A stretch of DNA of 64,000 bases from Raillietiella orientalis (taxonomy: Eukaryota): positions 1,550,001 to 1,614,000 of the forward strand of contig JAYWIR010000036.1 in NCBI GenBank assembly GCA_036172245.1. The letters run 5' to 3'. Below the pieces are notes generated by a model, which searched no databases, was not told the DNA's origin, and saw only the letters and a program-made list of their open reading frames with translations. Positions within the stretch are counted from its first letter, which is position 1. Every line of letters begins with the position of its first letter. Of this stretch, positions 63,710 through 64,000 are shown in pieces. Made by a program: the position numbers and the translations under genes.

Positions 63710-63928
63710 CTGCACGCGTTCGTCGATGTCACAGTACAGCCTCAGCATTTGCGTATTTCGTAATCCTAGAGTATTGTACAGGCTGATGTCTCCTTCCAAG
63801 CGAGTGGACTTGTGCATAAACTTCACGATGGGAACTTTCGCTGAAGTGATTGGTATGATGTTGCAAACGAGCTCACATTTCCTCAGCTGCTCGGACATCG
63901 CTTCTATGATTGCAACCTGATCCAATCC
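63710..63928 (-). CDS. TUT7: TUT4/TUT7-like terminal uridylyltransferase, internal coding exon (nucleotidyltransferase domain); gene continues beyond the right edge of the window
   Basis: Acceptor tttttcag|GGA and donor CAG|gtaata; 219 nt; encodes GLDQVAIIEAMSEQLRKC...PITSAKVPIVKFMHKSTRLEGDISLYNTLGLRNTQMLRLYCDIDERVQ, typical of ZCCHC6/ZCCHC11, including the third catalytic Asp (EGDIS). TUT4 versus TUT7 orthology cannot be resolved. Confidence 0.93.
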
Positions 63929-64000
63929 CTGAAAAATGATGGCTCGTTATAGTTAGTGATTGCTTTACTTGAGAATCAGTTTAATGATGCTCCTCGAATT

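Noticed and set aside
1..64000. CRISPR arrays, rRNA/tRNA/snRNA genes, prokaryotic operons or defence systems
   Set aside because: No regularly spaced repeats or recognisable structural RNA sequences. Spliceosomal introns show the DNA is eukaryotic.

Overview
Eukaryotic (probably invertebrate, possibly arthropod) genomic DNA with two compositional domains. Positions ~1-44 kb are GC- and CpG-rich (roughly 65% GC by eye). They are a dense graveyard of heavily decayed retroelements, mostly Tx1/L1-type LINE and Ty3/gypsy fragments on both strands, with low-complexity tracts. The best-preserved element is a frameshifted Utopia/NeSL-type RLE non-LTR retrotransposon (~33.5-36.6 kb) with an unexplained downstream extension and no visible U2 snRNA target. 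It lies between two 952-bp, ~99%-identical inverted copies (30111-31062 and 38563-39514), each embedded in an otherwise diverged dead LINE. This pattern suggests ectopic gene conversion or an inversion scar. Positions ~44-64 kb are AT-richer (roughly 45% GC by eye). They carry CR1/L2-like and BEL/Pao remnants and the last seven coding exons (minus strand) of a TUT4/TUT7-like terminal uridylyltransferase. No rRNA, tRNA, CRISPR or prokaryotic system was seen. Most ORF-track entries are GC-rich artefacts. The degenerate TE calls rest on motif recognition by eye and their boundaries are approximate.
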